Of a stretch of DNA of 53,856 bases, positions 9,391 through 18,331 are shown piece after piece. The stretch's first letter is position 1. Each line of letters starts with the position of its first letter. The stretch lies in NCBI GenBank assembly GCA_041178265.1, contig JBEGVR010000163.1, forward strand, positions 1 through 53,856. The letters are read 5' to 3'. The notes below the pieces were generated by a model. The model made no database searches. It was given only the letters and a program-made list of their open reading frames with translations, and was not told the origin of the DNA. The DNA is from Pseudomonadota bacterium. GTDB taxonomy: Bacteria > Pseudomonadota > Gammaproteobacteria > Burkholderiales > Burkholderiaceae_C. The translations under genes and the position numbers were made by a program.

Positions 9391-10143
9391 GTGCCCATCC
9401 AGAAAAACCCTGATCGCCCGCGCGGCCGCCCCGCCGCGGCGCCGCGCCGGCGGCTGGGTGTGGCCGAGCGCGAGCGTCAGATCCTGGACGGTGCCATCCG
9501 GTTCTTCTCCGAGAACGGCCTGGATGGCCAGCTGCGCGACTTCGCGCGCAGCATCGGTGTCACCCACGCGCTGCTCTATCACTACTTCCCGACCAAGCAG
9601 GCCCTGATCGACCGGGTCTACGTCGAATTGTTCGAGGGTCGCTGGCAGCCCGAATGGGAAACCCTGCTGGACGACCCTGAGCGCTCGCCCGAGGACAAGC
9701 TCACCGCCTTCTACGACGACTACGTGAATTCGGCCCTGACGCGTGAATTCGTGCGCATCCTGGTGTTCTCGGGCCTGACCGACCACACCATCACCGACCG
9801 CTTCTTCTCGCTGCTGCGCCAGCGCCTGTTTCCGCGGCTGGTGCGCGAGACGCGGCGCTTTCGCGGCTCGAGCAGCCGCGCGCGCCCCAGCGAACGCGAA
9901 CTCGAGCTGCTCATGGGTCTGCACGGCGGCTTCTTCTACATCACGATGCGGCGCTGGATCTATGGCCAGGGCGTGGCCAGCGACGCAGCGCCCGAGCGCT
10001 TCAGCCAGTCGCTGGTGCGAGACCGTGTCCGCGGCTACCTGACCGCCAGCCGGGCGCTGTTCAGTGACCACGCCCAAGCCCCCGCCGGCGCGCAGGTGCG
10101 CGTCCTGCCCGCGCTGGCCGAACCCAGGATCCGCCGTGCCTGA
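9391..10143 (+). CDS. TetR/AcrR-family transcriptional regulator
   Basis: HTH RERQILDGAIRFFSENG...RDFARSIGVTHALLYHYFPTKQAL. Start uncertain (GTG 9391 or ATG 9358). Confidence 0.9.
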   Translation: MPIQKNPDRPRGRPAAAPRRRLGVAERERQILDGAIRFFSENGLDGQLRDFARSIGVTHALLYHYFPTKQALIDRVYVELFEGRWQPEWETLLDDPERSPEDKLTAFYDDYVNSALTREFVRILVFSGLTDHTITDRFFSLLRQRLFPRLVRETRRFRGSSSRARPSERELELLMGLHGGFFYITMRRWIYGQGVASDAAPERFSQSLVRDRVRGYLTASRALFSDHAQAPAGAQVRVLPALAEPRIRRA

Positions 10144-10242
10144 GCGCGTCGCCTGTTTCGTTTCCCGTCCGCTGCGACCTTCCGGTCGCGGCTTCCCCCC
10201 GTGCGGCTGGGTCCAGTCGCCATTCACCCGCAAGGAGATCGC

Positions 10243-11313
10243 ATGAAGCTCACCCAGTTGGCCCGTTCCGGGCTCTTCGCGCTTGGTTGCGCCATGGCCG
10301 CCAGCGGCGCCGTGGCCCAGCAGGCCATCACGGTCAATATCGGCTCCAGCCACCCGGTGGCCAACATCTGGGCCAACGCCATGAAAGAGGTGTTCCAGCC
10401 CGAGGTGGACCGCCTCCTGAAGGACGGCGGCAACAAGTACCAGGTCCGCTGGCGCGAGAACTACGGCGGCACGCTGTACAAGTTCAACGAAACCCGCACG
10501 GCCGTCAAGGACGGCATCGTGGACGTGGGCATGGTCGGCACGGTCTGGGAGAACTCCTCCATGCCCCTGCAGAACGTGACGTACTACACGCCGTTTGCCA
10601 CCACCAACCACGAGATGCTGATCGAGATCTTCGACAAGCTCAACGCGAACCACCCGGCACTCAAGGCCAGCTGGGCCGGGCAGAACATGGTGCCGCTGTC
10701 CTCGCTGATCACCGACAGCTACGACATCTACGCGAACTTCCCGGTCACCAGCATGGCATCGCTGCAAAACAAGAAGATCCATGCCCCCGGCACCTCGGCC
10801 AACTGGATGCGCGACACCGGCGCCACGCCGGTGGAGGGCGCCCTGACCGTCTACTACACCAACATCCAGACCGGCGTGACCCAGGGTGCCCTGAGCTTTG
10901 CCAGCGGCATCGGCCCGGCGCGGGTGTATGAAGTGGCCAAGCACCTGACCCGCGTGAACATCGGGGCGATGTATTTCGGCAGCGTCGCAGCCAACAAGGC
11001 CTTCTTCGACAAGCTGCCCAAGGAGGTGCAGGACGCCTTCGTGAAAGCCGGGCAGGCCACCTCGGCGGCCCATGGCAAGCATGTCACCCGCATGGCCGCA
11101 TCAGCCATGGACACCATGAAGGCCGCCGGACTGCAGATCAGCGACCTGCCCGCCGCCGAACGCGCCAAGTGGATCAACGGACTGCCCGACATCGTGACGC
11201 CCTGGCTGCAGGCCACCGGCGACGCCGGCAAGTCGGTGCTGCGCGCCTACTTCGACGAACTGCGCGCACGCGGCGTCAAGCCGCTGCGTGAGTGGGACAA
11301 AGTCGCGCGCTGA
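10243..11313 (+). CDS. dctP: TRAP transporter substrate-binding protein (DctP family)
   Basis: AGGAG RBS, signal peptide ending AVA-QQ, YGGTLY, AVKDGIVDVG, YTNIQTGV, FFDKLPKEVQ. Followed by small and large TRAP permeases. Confidence 0.9.
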   Translation: MKLTQLARSGLFALGCAMAASGAVAQQAITVNIGSSHPVANIWANAMKEVFQPEVDRLLKDGGNKYQVRWRENYGGTLYKFNETRTAVKDGIVDVGMVGTVWENSSMPLQNVTYYTPFATTNHEMLIEIFDKLNANHPALKASWAGQNMVPLSSLITDSYDIYANFPVTSMASLQNKKIHAPGTSANWMRDTGATPVEGALTVYYTNIQTGVTQGALSFASGIGPARVYEVAKHLTRVNIGAMYFGSVAANKAFFDKLPKEVQDAFVKAGQATSAAHGKHVTRMAASAMDTMKAAGLQISDLPAAERAKWINGLPDIVTPWLQATGDAGKSVLRAYFDELRARGVKPLREWDKVAR

Positions 11314-11322
11314 CGCTCCGCC

Positions 11323-11904
11323 ATGGCCATCGACACCGACCCCGACGCCCCGCCAGCCGCCCCGGGGCATCCCCTGGATTTCCCGGCCAAACTGATGGCG
11401 TCGATCGGCACGGTGTGGATTTTCGTGATCATGTGCCTGGTGGTGGCCGACGTGGTCGGCCGCGACTTCCTGGACCGGCCGATCACCGGCGTGTCCGAAT
11501 TCTCGGGACGCTCGGTGGCCTCCATCGTCTTCCTGCAACTGGCCGCCGCCGTCTGCAGCGGCCGGATGACACGCAGCGACTTCCTGCTCAACCTCATCGG
11601 CAAGCGCGTGCCGGGCGCGGTCACGGCCCTGGAACTGCTCAATGTGCTGGTGGGTGCGGCGCTGTTCGCAGCGCTGGCGGTCATCGCCTGGCCCGAGCTG
11701 CGCCAGTCGCTGGCCAGCAATGAGTTCTATGGGGTCCAGGGGGTCTACAGCGTGCCGGCCTGGCCTTTTCGCGGACTGATCGTGGCCGGCGCGTTCGCCA
11801 CCGCGGTCTGCTACCTGCTGTCCGTTCCCGGCATCCTGCGCCGGCATGGCCAGCAGACCGTGGCCGGAGATCCACTGGCCGCGGGCACAGGAGACGGGCG
11901 ATGA
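11323..11904 (+). CDS. dctQ: TRAP transporter small permease (DctQ)
   Basis: Four TM segments, ADVVGRDFLDRPITGVSE. Confidence 0.88.
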   Translation: MAIDTDPDAPPAAPGHPLDFPAKLMASIGTVWIFVIMCLVVADVVGRDFLDRPITGVSEFSGRSVASIVFLQLAAAVCSGRMTRSDFLLNLIGKRVPGAVTALELLNVLVGAALFAALAVIAWPELRQSLASNEFYGVQGVYSVPAWPFRGLIVAGAFATAVCYLLSVPGILRRHGQQTVAGDPLAAGTGDGR

Positions 11905-13229
11905 GCGATCTGGGCTTGGGTGGATGGCTCATCGGCGCACTGGTCGTCCTGGTCCTGCTGGGTGTGCACATCGGCGTGGCGCTGATTGGCGTCGGCTTCT
12001 TCGGCGTCTGGCTGGTGCGCGACAACCTCGACATGGCCATGCGCCTGATGTACATGGCGGCCTACAACGGCGTTGCCGACTACATCTTCGCCACCATCCC
12101 GCTGTTCGTGCTCATGGGACTGCTCGTGAGCATCTCCAACGTGGGCAAGGACACCTTCACCGTCGCGGAGGTGCTGCTGCGCAAGCTGCAGGGCGGCCTG
12201 GGCGTAGCCACCGTGGCCGCCAACACGGTGTTCGCGGCGGTGACGGGGGTCTCGATCGCCTCGGCGGCGGTCTTCACCCGCGTGGCTGTCCCCGAGATGG
12301 TCAGCCACGGCTACAAGACCACCTTCGCCACTGGCACGGTGGCGGGCAGCTCCGTGCTGGGCATGATGATTCCGCCCAGCCTGCTGATGATCATTTACGG
12401 CGTGCTGGCCGAGCAGTCCATCGGTACGCTCTTCGTCGCCGGGGTGATCCCGGGCCTGCTGCTGGCTGGGGTCTTTGCCGTGATGATCATGGGCATGGCG
12501 CGCTTCACGCCGCAGCGCGTGTTCGACCTGCAGCGCCAGGCCCTGATCGCGCGCGAACGTCGGGTCGAGGTCACGCTCACCGGCCTGCAGATGGTCTCCA
12601 AGCTCGTCCCGATTGCCGCCCTGGTGGCGCTGGTGCTGGGCGGGCTGTACAGCGGCTTTTTCACGCCGACCGAGGCGGGTGGCGTGGGGGCCGCCGGCGC
12701 GCTGGTCATCGCGCTGGCACGCCGCTCGCTGGGCCAGGGCAATCTCTGGCGTGTGCTGCACGAAACCGGCAGTGTGTCGTGCACCATCCTGATCCTGCTG
12801 GTGGCCGCGGGCTTTTACAGCCGCATGCTCAGTGTGGCGGGCGTCCCGGTGGCAATCGCTGACATGGTGCGCGACGCAGGCCTGGGCCCCTACGGCTTTC
12901 TCGCGCTGTACATCGGCATCGTCTTGCTGCTGGGCATGATTCTGGACTCCAGCTCCATTCTCCTCATCATGACGCCGGTGGCGGTTCCGATCGCGCAGGC
13001 CTTCGGTTTCAACCTCATTCACTTTGGCGTGATCACCGTGCTGGCGGTCGAGATGGGCCTGCTGACGCCCCCGTTCGGCATCTCGGTGTTCACCGTCAAA
13101 TCGGTGCTCAACGATCCCAAGGTATCGGTGGAAAGCATCTTCGCCGGGGCCATGCCTTTCGTCGCGGCGATGTTCGTGGTGCTGCTGCTGGTCTGCGCGT
13201 TCCCGCTTTTGAGCCTGGCCCTGACCTGA
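11901..13229 (+). CDS. dctM: TRAP transporter large permease (DctM)
   Basis: IPLFVLMG, LGMMIPPSLLMIIYG, FTPTEAG, EMGLLTPPFG; ATGA overlap with dctQ. Confidence 0.93.
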   Translation: MSDLGLGGWLIGALVVLVLLGVHIGVALIGVGFFGVWLVRDNLDMAMRLMYMAAYNGVADYIFATIPLFVLMGLLVSISNVGKDTFTVAEVLLRKLQGGLGVATVAANTVFAAVTGVSIASAAVFTRVAVPEMVSHGYKTTFATGTVAGSSVLGMMIPPSLLMIIYGVLAEQSIGTLFVAGVIPGLLLAGVFAVMIMGMARFTPQRVFDLQRQALIARERRVEVTLTGLQMVSKLVPIAALVALVLGGLYSGFFTPTEAGGVGAAGALVIALARRSLGQGNLWRVLHETGSVSCTILILLVAAGFYSRMLSVAGVPVAIADMVRDAGLGPYGFLALYIGIVLLLGMILDSSSILLIMTPVAVPIAQAFGFNLIHFGVITVLAVEMGLLTPPFGISVFTVKSVLNDPKVSVESIFAGAMPFVAAMFVVLLLVCAFPLLSLALT

Positions 13230-13248
13230 TCGGACTCGAGGGCGGGTG

Positions 13249-13932
13249 CTACGCCCGCGAGGCCAGCTGCCCCGCCACAAGGCGCAGCTGCCGGCTGCAA
13301 CGATCCGCCAGCGACGCGTCGTGCGTGACCACGACAAAGGCCGTGCCACGCTCACGTGCGAGCGCCAGCATCTGCTCGAACACGCCATCGGCGGTGGTGC
13401 GATCCAGGTTGCCGGTGGGCTCGTCCGCCAGCACGCAGGCCGGGCGCGTCACCAGGGCGCGCGCGATGGCCACGCGCTGGCGCTCGCCACCCGAGAGCTC
13501 GGCAGGGCGATGCAGGACCCGTTCGCCCAGGCCCACCGCCGCCAGGACCTCGCGGGCCCTCGCGTGGCAGGACTCGATCGGATCGCGCCGGATGCGAAGC
13601 GGCATGGCGACGTTGTCCAGGGCGCTGAACTCGGGTAGCAGGTGATGGAACTGGTAGACGAAGCCCAGGTGCTGGTTACGCAACCGCCCCTGCTGCGTCG
13701 CACCGACGTGCGAGAGCTCCTCATCCATCAGGCGCACGCTGCCGCTGGTGGGCGCGTCCAGCCCCCCCAGCAGGTGCAGCAGGGTGCTCTTGCCCGAGCC
13801 CGAGGCCCCGACGATGGCCACCGTCTCGCCAGCCTGCACCGTGAGGTCGACGCCGCGCAGCACCTCGACATCGAGACCACCCTCGGTGAAACGCTTGGAC
13901 AGGCCCTGGGCCTGCAGCACCGGCTCACTCAT
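13249..13932 (-). CDS. lolD: Lipoprotein-releasing ABC transporter ATP-binding protein LolD
   Basis: [57 protein letters not shown]. Confidence 0.95.
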   Translation of the reverse strand: MSEPVLQAQGLSKRFTEGGLDVEVLRGVDLTVQAGETVAIVGASGSGKSTLLHLLGGLDAPTSGSVRLMDEELSHVGATQQGRLRNQHLGFVYQFHHLLPEFSALDNVAMPLRIRRDPIESCHARAREVLAAVGLGERVLHRPAELSGGERQRVAIARALVTRPACVLADEPTGNLDRTTADGVFEQMLALARERGTAFVVVTHDASLADRCSRQLRLVAGQLASRA

Positions 13933-15181
13933 AGCGCAGCGCCTCCGCCGGGTTGACGCGGCTGGCGCGCCAGCTCGGGTAGATCGTGGCCACGAAGGAC
14001 AGTACCAGCGAGATGAGGGCGATCGGCAGGATGTCCGCCGACTGCGGGTCGCTAGGCATGCGGCTGATCAGGTAGATGTCGCGGGGCAGGAAGCTGGCAT
14101 TGAGCATCTGCTCCAGCGCCGGCACCAGGACGTCGATGTTCAGCGCCACGCCCAGTCCGAGCAGCAGGCCGGCCCCCGTGCCGACGACGCCCACCGTCGC
14201 GCCCTGCACCACGAAGATCCCCATGATGCTGGCGGGGCTGGCGCCCAGCGTGCGCAGGATGGCGATGTCGGCGCGCTTGTCGGTCACGGTCATCACCAGC
14301 GTGCTCACGAGGTTGAAGGCGGCCACCGCCACGATCAGCGTGAGGATGATGAACATCATGCGTTTCTCGAGCTGCACCGCGGCAAACCACGAGCGGTTCT
14401 GCCGCGTCCAGTCACGCACGATGAGGCCGCCTGGCAGGGTGGCGGCCAGCTGCGCCCCGACCTCGCGGGCCTGGTGCAGGTCCTTGAGCTTCAGGCGCAG
14501 ACCGGTGGGGCCTTCCAGCCGGAACAGGCGCATGGCGTCGTCCTGGTGCATCAGGACCAGGCCGTTGTCGTACTCGAAGTGTCCCGAGTCGAAGACACCC
14601 ACGACCACCATCTGTTTCAGGCGCGGCACGAAGCCAGCCGGCGTCACCTGCCCGCTGGGTGCGATCAGTGTCACGGGATCGCCCTCACGGATCCCGAGCT
14701 GGCGCGCCAGGTCGCGGCCCACCACGATGCCGAAGTCTCCAGGCACCAGGCGCTTGAGCGCCGTGTTGCGCAGTGACATGGCCAGTTCGGTGATCTCGGG
14801 CTCGAGTGCGGGGTCGATGCCGCGCACCAGCGTGCCCCGCATGTCCTCGCCCCGCGCCAGCAGCGCCTGGGCCGCCACGAAGGGTGCAGCCGCCACCACC
14901 TGCGGGTGCCCGCGCACCTGCGCCAGCGCGCCCTCGGGATCGGGCAGCACGTCGCCGCCGGGGCCATAGACCTCGATGTGGGAGACCACGCCCAGCATGC
15001 GGTCACGCACTTCGCGCTGGAAACCGTTCATCACCGACAGCACGATGATCAGGGCGGCCACGCCCAGCGCGATCCCCAGCATCGACACTCCGGAGATGAA
15101 GGAGATGAAGCCGTTGCGTCGCGTGGCCCGTCCGGCGCGCGTGTAGCGCCAGCCCAGAATGAGTTCGTACGGAAGTCGCAT
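13925..15181 (-). CDS. lolC: Lipoprotein-releasing ABC transporter permease LolC/E
   Basis: [58 protein letters not shown]. Confidence 0.95.
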   Translation of the reverse strand: MRLPYELILGWRYTRAGRATRRNGFISFISGVSMLGIALGVAALIIVLSVMNGFQREVRDRMLGVVSHIEVYGPGGDVLPDPEGALAQVRGHPQVVAAAPFVAAQALLARGEDMRGTLVRGIDPALEPEITELAMSLRNTALKRLVPGDFGIVVGRDLARQLGIREGDPVTLIAPSGQVTPAGFVPRLKQMVVVGVFDSGHFEYDNGLVLMHQDDAMRLFRLEGPTGLRLKLKDLHQAREVGAQLAATLPGGLIVRDWTRQNRSWFAAVQLEKRMMFIILTLIVAVAAFNLVSTLVMTVTDKRADIAILRTLGASPASIMGIFVVQGATVGVVGTGAGLLLGLGVALNIDVLVPALEQMLNASFLPRDIYLISRMPSDPQSADILPIALISLVLSFVATIYPSWRASRVNPAEALRYE

Positions 15182-15252
15182 GGAGCGGGGGTTTCGGCCG
15201 GGAGAAAGCGGGAGGGGACGGGCCGCATTGTGGCATCCGGGACAATAGCCCC

Positions 15253-16206
15253 ATGTCCGGCGACCAGCACCTGATCATCCCCTACGCCGACGCGGCGGGC
15301 CTGGAGGCCGCGCGGGCCGCCGTGGCGGGCGAGCTGCGCGTGCTGCAAGGCCTGCTGGCACGCCTGCAACCCGGTGAGGCGCTCACGGGCGACGCGCAGG
15401 ACCTGTCGCCGCCGCACGAGCGCGCGCAGGCACGTGCGCTGGGCCTGCCGGCCGCGGACGGGGCCATCGCCTGGGCGGCCTGGGAGCGCACGCAATCGGG
15501 CCAGGCGCCAGACGACGCCGCATGGGCCTGGATCTCGCCCTGTCACTGGCACGTGGCGCAGGACCACATCCTCATGCACCCCGTGGACGACCTGCAACTG
15601 ACCGAGGAAGACGCGCAGGCCCTGCTCGCGGCGGTCTCGCCCTATTTCCGCGAGGACGGCATCGCGCTGGACTTCCTCACGCCCACGCGCTGGATCGCCC
15701 GCGGCGACGTCTTTCGCGGCCTGGCCTGTGCCAGCCTGGACCGGGTGTGCGGGCGCCGGGTGGACGACTGGCTGCCGCGGTCGGCGGCGGCGCGCCCCTT
15801 GCGCCGCCTCCAGCAGGAAATGCAGATGCTGCTGTACACCCACCCGGTGAACGAGGCCCGCGAGCAGGCCGGCCTGCGTCCGGTCAACTCCTTCTGGGTC
15901 AGCGGCGCGGGCGCGCTCGCCGCGGCACCTGCGATGCACGCCCCGGTGCGGGTAGACGACCGCCTGCGCGCGCCCGCGCTGGCCGGCCATGCCGGCCCCT
16001 GGGCCGACGGATGGCGCGCGCTGGACACGCAGGTGCTTCCCGCGCTGCTGGAATCGGCGCAACGCGGACACCCCGTCACCCTGACCCTTTGCGGCGAGCG
16101 GCATGCCCGCACCTGGACGACCGCTTCCTCCCCCCCGGCCTGGTGGCACCGTGCCGCCCGTCTGCTGCGCCCGCCCCAGGTGGCGACGGTGCTCGAAACC
16201 CTATGA
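15253..16206 (+). CDS. Conserved hypothetical protein of the phosphoglycerate mutase-like family typically found upstream of recJ
   Basis: ISPCHW and LRRLQQEMQMLLYTHPVNEAREQAGLRPVNSFWVSG motifs; ATGA coupling to recJ. Confidence 0.8.
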   Translation: MSGDQHLIIPYADAAGLEAARAAVAGELRVLQGLLARLQPGEALTGDAQDLSPPHERAQARALGLPAADGAIAWAAWERTQSGQAPDDAAWAWISPCHWHVAQDHILMHPVDDLQLTEEDAQALLAAVSPYFREDGIALDFLTPTRWIARGDVFRGLACASLDRVCGRRVDDWLPRSAAARPLRRLQQEMQMLLYTHPVNEAREQAGLRPVNSFWVSGAGALAAAPAMHAPVRVDDRLRAPALAGHAGPWADGWRALDTQVLPALLESAQRGHPVTLTLCGERHARTWTTASSPPAWWHRAARLLRPPQVATVLETL

Positions 16207-17912
16207 AGATCATTGCCCGAGACATTCCTCCCCGCGCCGCCTGGGCCCTCGAGCAGGCGGGCGTGCACCCGCTGCTGGCACGCCTGTACGCGGCGCGCGG
16301 CGTGACCCACCGCGACGACCTGGACGACGGCCTGGCGCGCCTGCTCCCGCCAGACGGCCTCAGGGGCGCGCAGGAGGCGGCCCGCCTGCTGGCCGATGCG
16401 ATCGCCCAGGGCAAGCGCATCTGCATCGTGGCCGACTACGACTGCGACGGCGCCACCGCCTGCGCCGTCGCCGTGCGCGGACTGCGCCTGCTGGGTGCGG
16501 CGCATGTGGGCTACCTGGTGCCTGACCGCGTCGTCGACGGCTACGGCCTGACCGCCCCGATCGCCCAGCGGGTGCACGCGCAGGGCGCCGACCTGCTGGT
16601 CACCGTGGACAACGGCATCGCCAGCGTCGAGGGCGTGGCGCAGGCCAACGCCCTGGGCCTGCAGGTGCTGGTGACCGACCACCACCTGCCGGGGGCCGAG
16701 CTGCCGCAGGCCCAGGTCATCGTGAACCCCAACCAGCCTGGCTGCACCTTCGGCAGCAAATGCCTGGCCGGGGTGGGCGTGATGTTCTATGTGCTGCTGG
16801 CGCTGCGCGCCGAGCTGCGCGCGCGCGGCGCCTTCGCGGCCGGCCAGCAGCCCAAGCTGGATGCCCTCCTGCCCATCGTGGCACTGGGCACCATCGCCGA
16901 CGTGGTGAAGCTCGATGCCAACAACCGTCGCCTGGTGGCGCAAGGCCTGCGGCGTATCCGTGCGGGCGTCCTGCCGCCGGGCCTGGCGTCCCTGTTCACG
17001 GCGGCGGGCCGCGACGCGCGCGTCGCCACCAGCTTCGATTTCGGCTTCGCCCTCGGTCCCCGCATCAATGCGGCGGGCCGCCTGTCCGACATGACCCTGG
17101 GCATCGAGTGCCTGCTCACCGACGACCCGGTGCGCGCCGACGAACTGGCACGCACCCTGGACGGTATCAACCGAGAGCGCCGCGAGATCGAGGGCGACAT
17201 GCGCGAGCAGGCCCTGGCGCTGGCGCAGTCGCTGTTCGACGGCGATGAAACGCCGCCGGCGGCGATCTGCGTGTTCGACCCCGACTTCCATGAGGGCGTG
17301 GTGGGCATCGTGGCCTCACGCATCAAGGAGCAGTTCCACCGCCCCGCCTTCGTGTTCGCGGCCAGCCAGGCCCCGGGCAAGGAGCACGAACTCAAGGGGT
17401 CGGGCCGCTCCATCCCGGGATTTCACCTGCGCGACGCGCTGGACCTGGTGGCCAAGCGCCATCCCGGCGTGCTGCTGCGGTTTGGCGGCCATGCGATGGC
17501 GGCGGGCTGCACCGTGGCCGAGGAACACCTGGACACCTTCGAGCAGGCGCTGGCCGACGTCGCGGCGCAGTGGCTGGACCCGTCCACACTGCAGCGGCGC
17601 CTGGAGACCGACGGTCCCCTGCCCGTCGAGTACCGACGCACCGACCTGGTCGACACCCTGCACCAGGAGGTCTGGGGCCAGGGCTTTCCACCGCCGGTGT
17701 TCAGCGAGGAGGTGGAGATCGTCTCGCAGCGTCTGGTGGGCGAGAAGCACCTGTCGCTGCGGATCCGCCACCAGGGGCAGCCCGTTGACGGCATCTGGTT
17801 CGGCCGTACCGAGCCCCTGCCGGCGCGCGTGAAGCTCGCCTTCCGGCTCGATGCCGACGAATGGCAGGGGCAGCGGCGCGTGCGCTTCCTGGTCGAGGGC
17901 GCCGAGTACTAG
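16203..17912 (+). CDS. recJ: Single-stranded-DNA-specific exonuclease RecJ
   Basis: DYDCDGATA, TVDNG, TDHH, GTIADVV, PRINAAGRL, GSGRS, FGGHAMAAG. Confidence 0.97.
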   Translation: MKIIARDIPPRAAWALEQAGVHPLLARLYAARGVTHRDDLDDGLARLLPPDGLRGAQEAARLLADAIAQGKRICIVADYDCDGATACAVAVRGLRLLGAAHVGYLVPDRVVDGYGLTAPIAQRVHAQGADLLVTVDNGIASVEGVAQANALGLQVLVTDHHLPGAELPQAQVIVNPNQPGCTFGSKCLAGVGVMFYVLLALRAELRARGAFAAGQQPKLDALLPIVALGTIADVVKLDANNRRLVAQGLRRIRAGVLPPGLASLFTAAGRDARVATSFDFGFALGPRINAAGRLSDMTLGIECLLTDDPVRADELARTLDGINRERREIEGDMREQALALAQSLFDGDETPPAAICVFDPDFHEGVVGIVASRIKEQFHRPAFVFAASQAPGKEHELKGSGRSIPGFHLRDALDLVAKRHPGVLLRFGGHAMAAGCTVAEEHLDTFEQALADVAAQWLDPSTLQRRLETDGPLPVEYRRTDLVDTLHQEVWGQGFPPPVFSEEVEIVSQRLVGEKHLSLRIRHQGQPVDGIWFGRTEPLPARVKLAFRLDADEWQGQRRVRFLVEGAEY

Positions 17913-17923
17913 TGCGTTGAGCG

Positions 17924-18154
17924 TCAGCGCCGCACGCGTAGGAGGCGATTGCAGCTGGCAATGGTGGAGCCGCTGACATAGGCCAGGCAATCGCTGAAGG
18001 CGCGGGCCTGCACCTGGAGCAGCTGTTTGCGCAATTCGGCGCGTTGCATCTGGTGCACACACAACAGGCAAAAGGCCAGGAGTTCGCAGGCCAGCACGGC
18101 CGCGGCCACGATCCAGAAGAAATGGGAAGGGAGAGCCTGGGACGATGCACGCAT
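17924..18154 (-). CDS. Small hypothetical single-pass membrane protein (76 aa)
   Basis: Fills an otherwise empty gap. One TM segment (FFWIVAAAVLACELLAFCLLC), a helical stalk and a C-terminal Cys pair. No SD sequence seen. Confidence 0.55.
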   Translation of the reverse strand: MRASSQALPSHFFWIVAAAVLACELLAFCLLCVHQMQRAELRKQLLQVQARAFSDCLAYVSGSTIASCNRLLRVRR

Positions 18155-18265
18155 GGCAGTGACGGTGTTGGGGCCTGGATCCTAGGAAGCACGGGGGGGA
18201 CGGTCCGTAGGAAAACCCGCCTGCCCCGCCCCCGGGAAAGCCGATTCACGCCCTGCAGCCTCTCG

Positions 18266-18324
18266 TTTATACAGATATTAGTCAGTTTATTAAGATAAAA
18301 TAACTTCACGAATATCTGTATAAA
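18266..18324. repeat. Perfect 14-bp inverted repeat with 31-bp AT-rich spacer upstream of the ATPase gene
   Basis: TTTATACAGATATT (18266-18279) and AATATCTGTATAAA (18311-18324) are exact reverse complements. Confidence 0.9.
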
Positions 18325-18331
18325 TCGCCTA

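Noticed and set aside
18044-18298. 84-aa plus-strand ORF upstream of the ATPase as a partner gene
   Set aside because: It overlaps the better-supported minus-strand membrane ORF, runs into the inverted repeat and has no protein-like features.
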